From Nautiliaceae bacterium (lineage in GTDB: Bacteria > Campylobacterota > Campylobacteria > Campylobacterales > Nautiliaceae), in the NCBI GenBank assembly GCA_039831155.1, contig JBDONT010000043.1, forward strand, positions 96,001 to 160,000: a stretch of 64,000 nucleotides of DNA, read 5' to 3'. The first letter of the stretch is position 1; every line of letters begins with the position of its first letter. This document shows positions 60,920-64,000 of this stretch, piece after piece. The notes below the pieces were generated by a model. The model was not told where the DNA came from. It did not search any database and saw only the letters and a program-made list of their open reading frames with translations. The position numbers and the translations under genes are program-made.

Positions 60920-61264
60920 ATGGCTATAGCAATAAAGCAAAATTTCGGTTTTGGTTTTATTTCTTTATTTAATGATTTTCTAAGAGAAGCTTTAAATAAT
61001 TTTAAAAATAAAAGAGAATTAATTAGAATTTTAAAAAGAGCCGATAGATTAGTAAATTTGATATATACTTTAAACGAAAAATTAGAACAATATATAAAAG
61101 ATGATGAGTTTGAAAAAATAGAAGATAAGCTTATTGATATGAAATTTTTATTAGAAAATCAAATGGATAGCTTACCGAAAGAATTAAAACCTTCTCTTGA
61201 AAAATTATATGAACTTTTGGTAATGATAATATTTAATCTTTCTATGTATCAGGCAAGAGATTGA
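60920..61264 (+). CDS. Hypothetical protein, candidate antitoxin
   Basis: 114-aa helical ORF with AAGG RBS; its stop overlaps the start of a toxin-like remnant. Confidence 0.55.
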   Translation: MAIAIKQNFGFGFISLFNDFLREALNNFKNKRELIRILKRADRLVNLIYTLNEKLEQYIKDDEFEKIEDKLIDMKFLLENQMDSLPKELKPSLEKLYELLVMIIFNLSMYQARD

Positions 61265-61387
61265 AAATTATAAAGACCGATATATAAGTTTTGTTATTTG
61301 ACTTGTAAACCGGAAGTGGCAATATTTGCTTGGATAGGAAGTCATAGAGATTATAAAATAATTATTAAAAATTTAAAAAAACTGTAA
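61261..61387 (+). pseudogene. RelE/HigB/YafQ-superfamily toxin remnant with internal deletion
   Basis: TTG-start MKIIKTDI* followed in another frame by ...EVAIFAWIGSHRDY...; the middle of the toxin is missing. Confidence 0.55.
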
Positions 61388-61473
61388 GAATTACATTTTT
61401 GGATGAGAAGAGATTAAGAATTTTTTGCAAATTGCTTAATGATTTATCAAAAAAATATAAAAAGGAAACATAA

Positions 61474-62667
61474 TTGAACAAAAAATTCGTAAATTTTATA
61501 ATAAGAAGATATCTTAGATTTGACAAGAAGCACCCGTTTATTTATATAAGTTTTATTTTGGCATTTCTTGGAATTATGACGGGGGTTGCGACTTTAATGA
61601 TAGCTATGGGGATAATGAACGGAATGGATAAGGAGTTTGAGAAAAAACTCAAAGTTATGAATTATCCCATTACCGTATACTCTTCGCTTGTAAATGTGGA
61701 TGAGAGACTCTTACATAAACTTCAAAAAAAATTTCCTAATTTCAAATATTCCCCTTATATTGAAAGCAGTGCCGTAATTCAGAGTGGAGGGTTGTATGGA
61801 GTTATGCTTTATGGGGTTGATTTCAAAAAAGAGTCTGAAATCAACTACATATTCAAAAAAGCCGTAAAAAACATAAAAACTCCTAAACTTTTCGATGTGG
61901 TGGTGGGTAGCAGACTTTTTGCAGATTTGGGAGTCGGGAGAGGGGATAAGGTTGTTATGATATTTTCCAAGATGACCCCTTTAGGATTTGGCGTCTCTCC
62001 TATATTGAAAAAAGTAAGAATAGCCGGAGTTTTTAACAGTGGGCTTGTAGCGTATGATAAGGGGATAGCTTATATGAATATTAAAGGTCTTCAAAGGATT
62101 CTTCATCAAAACTATTACAGTGGTATACATATTTGGAGTCCTAATCCTTTTAAGGATATAGAAAAAATCAAAAAAGCAGTGCCTCCGGGTGTAGGCGTTA
62201 TAGGTTGGTGGGAGCAAAACGGCAACTTTTTTGCAGCCCTTAAAATGGAAAAGAGGGCTTTGTTTTTGGTGCTTATGCTTATTATTATAGTTGCCGCTCT
62301 TAATATTATAAGTTCTCTTCTTATGATGATAATGAGTAAAAGAAAAGAGATAGCACTTATGCTAAGTCTGGGGGCTTCTCCTAAGGAGATAAAAGCCATA
62401 TTTTTAAAACTGGGAACGTTTATAGGCGTAATCGGAATTATCAGTGGGGCTATACTAGGAGGTATCGGTATTTGGGTTTTAAAAACGTTTGATATTATTA
62501 AACTTCCGGTTGACGTATACGGGGTTAGCAGACTGCCGGTTGATTTGAGTTTGGTTGATTTTGGGGTGATTATTGTCGGTGCTTTTGTAATAGTGATATT
62601 CTCTAGCATATATCCGGCTGTAAAAGCTAGCAAAACCGATGTGCTTGAGACGCTTAGATATGAATAA
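61474..62667 (+). CDS. Lipoprotein-releasing ABC transporter permease (LolC/E family)
   Basis: RRYLR, GIMNG, AALKMEK, VAALNIISSL, YPA.KAS....LRYE. Confidence 0.92.
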   Translation: MNKKFVNFIIRRYLRFDKKHPFIYISFILAFLGIMTGVATLMIAMGIMNGMDKEFEKKLKVMNYPITVYSSLVNVDERLLHKLQKKFPNFKYSPYIESSAVIQSGGLYGVMLYGVDFKKESEINYIFKKAVKNIKTPKLFDVVVGSRLFADLGVGRGDKVVMIFSKMTPLGFGVSPILKKVRIAGVFNSGLVAYDKGIAYMNIKGLQRILHQNYYSGIHIWSPNPFKDIEKIKKAVPPGVGVIGWWEQNGNFFAALKMEKRALFLVLMLIIIVAALNIISSLLMMIMSKRKEIALMLSLGASPKEIKAIFLKLGTFIGVIGIISGAILGGIGIWVLKTFDIIKLPVDVYGVSRLPVDLSLVDFGVIIVGAFVIVIFSSIYPAVKASKTDVLETLRYE

Positions 62668-62703
62668 TTTATTATGATATAATTACGTAAAAAAGGACAT
62701 TTT

Positions 62704-63570
62704 ATGCAAGGTGCGATGACTGCTCTTATAACTCCGTTTAAAAACGGAAAAGTTGATGAAGAGACCTATGCAAAACTTATACAAAGACAGATTGATAACG
62801 GAATTGATTGGGTGGTGCCGGTTGGGACAACGGGAGAGAGTGCCACTTTAACTCACGACGAACATAAAAGATGTATAGAAATTGCCGTTGAGGTGTGTAA
62901 GAATACAAATACGAAAATTTTAGCCGGTGCCGGAAGTAACTCTACGCATGAGAGTATAGATTTAGCTAAGTTTGCCGAAAGTAAAGGTGCCGATGCGGTG
63001 CTTAGCGTTTCTCCTTATTATAACAAACCTACTCAAAGAGGGCTTTACGAACACTATAAAGCTTTGGCGAATTCGATTGATATTCCGGTGGTGCTTTATA
63101 ACGTACCGGGTAGGACTTGTAGTAATATAGAAGTTGAAACGGCTATAAGACTTTTTAACGATGTGGAAAATATTATAGCTATTAAAGAAGCGACAGGTAA
63201 AATAGAAAACGTAGTAGCCCTTTGTGCTAAAAGCGATATTGCAGTAATTAGTGGGGATGACGCTATTAATTATCCTATTATGGCAACAGGTGGTAGAGGT
63301 TGTATTTCGGTAACTTCTAATTTACTTCCCGCAAAAATAGCGGATTTAATTCATACGGCTTTAAAAGGGGACTTTGATACAAGTAGAGCTATTAATGAAG
63401 AGTTATATGAGCTTAATAAAGTTCTATTTATAGAAAGTAATCCTATTCCTATTAAATACGCAATGTATGAAGCCGGGCTTATCCCGACGCTTGAATACAG
63501 ACTTCCTTTATGCGAACCTAGCAACGAGAGTAAAGAAAAAATAAAAAAAGTTTTAGATAAATATTTATAA
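62704..63570 (+). CDS. dapA: 4-hydroxy-tetrahydrodipicolinate synthase
   Basis: [39 protein letters not shown]. Confidence 0.97.
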   Translation: MQGAMTALITPFKNGKVDEETYAKLIQRQIDNGIDWVVPVGTTGESATLTHDEHKRCIEIAVEVCKNTNTKILAGAGSNSTHESIDLAKFAESKGADAVLSVSPYYNKPTQRGLYEHYKALANSIDIPVVLYNVPGRTCSNIEVETAIRLFNDVENIIAIKEATGKIENVVALCAKSDIAVISGDDAINYPIMATGGRGCISVTSNLLPAKIADLIHTALKGDFDTSRAINEELYELNKVLFIESNPIPIKYAMYEAGLIPTLEYRLPLCEPSNESKEKIKKVLDKYL

Positions 63571-63596
63571 AAAAAATCAACATATGGAGTAAATAG

Positions 63597-64000
63597 ATGA
63601 AAACATTAGTAATTAGTGGAGCGACAAGAGGTATAGGAAAGGCTATAGCAGAGCGTTTTGCAAAAGATGGTATCAATATCGCTTTTACTTATAATTCAAA
63701 CGAAGAAGTTGCAAATAATCTTGCAAAAGAGTGGAGTGAGAAATACGGCATTAAAGCAAAAGCGTATAAATTAAATATTCTTGAGCCGGAAACTTATAAA
63801 GATTTATTCAAACAAATCGATGAAGATTTTGATAGGGTTGACTTTTTTATCTCTAATGCAATTATCAGTGGAAGAGCAGTTGTAGGGGGATTCGGTCCTT
63901 TTATGAGACTAAAACCTAAAGGTATTTGTAATATCTTTACGGCTACCGTAAACGCTTTTGTAGTAGGAGCTCAAGAAGCAGCAAAAAGAATGCAAAAAGT
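63597..64000 (+). CDS. Short-chain dehydrogenase, FabL-like enoyl-ACP reductase (runs off the window end)
   Basis: MKTLVISGATRGIGKAIA...FDRVDFFISNAIISGRAVVGGFGPF; GGAG RBS; follows dapA. Confidence 0.85.
   Translation, partial: MKTLVISGATRGIGKAIAERFAKDGINIAFTYNSNEEVANNLAKEWSEKYGIKAKAYKLNILEPETYKDLFKQIDEDFDRVDFFISNAIISGRAVVGGFGPFMRLKPKGICNIFTATVNAFVVGAQEAAKRMQK

Noticed and set aside
52-62633. Many short ORF-track entries antisense to or nested in long genes (e.g. 291-596, 6103-6498, 9242-9625, 12186-12521, 32860-33228, 36925-37350, 62115-62633)
   Set aside because: They lie wholly within well-supported genes and show no RBS or motifs; shadow ORFs.
1-64000. CRISPR array, rRNA or intact integrase/transposase
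   Set aside because: No regularly spaced repeats, rRNA-like sequence or full-length recombinase ORF were seen.

Overview
AT-rich bacterial chromosome segment. Gene content and synteny (lolA/secA/lolC-E, ppiD-ftsA-ftsZ, isolated atpE, tRNA-Arg(GCG), futalosine-type UbiD decarboxylase) point to Campylobacterota, most plausibly a vent-type Nautiliaceae member (inference). Most of the window is housekeeping: gpsA, tlyA, ispG, dnaB, comEC, atpE, argH, acs, ppa, ribF, uvrC, nadB, nhaD, guaA, hemD, ftsZA, bioA, htpX, secA, dapA. It also carries tRNA-Leu(GAG), tRNA-Arg(GCG) and a probable 6S RNA. The most notable locus is a three-gene operon at 31129-35366: a [NiFe]-hydrogenase large subunit with no C-terminal extension, a Tat-signal small subunit with no membrane anchor, and a chemoreceptor with two periplasmic CxxCH heme-c motifs. 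It is a candidate periplasmic H2-sensing chemotaxis system, and its 5' leader can fold into two mutually exclusive structures, one of which hides the RBS. Other highlights: an OsmC protein that probably ends in a recoded CxxU selenocysteine tail with a SECIS-like hairpin; two unannotated small proteins; a MoxR gene that apparently starts at ATT; an FNR-box-controlled hcp/hemerythrin module; a decayed prophage/IS256 scar at tRNA-Arg; and a toxin-antitoxin locus with a deleted toxin. No CRISPR array was seen. All calls come from motif recognition by eye; no database search was run.
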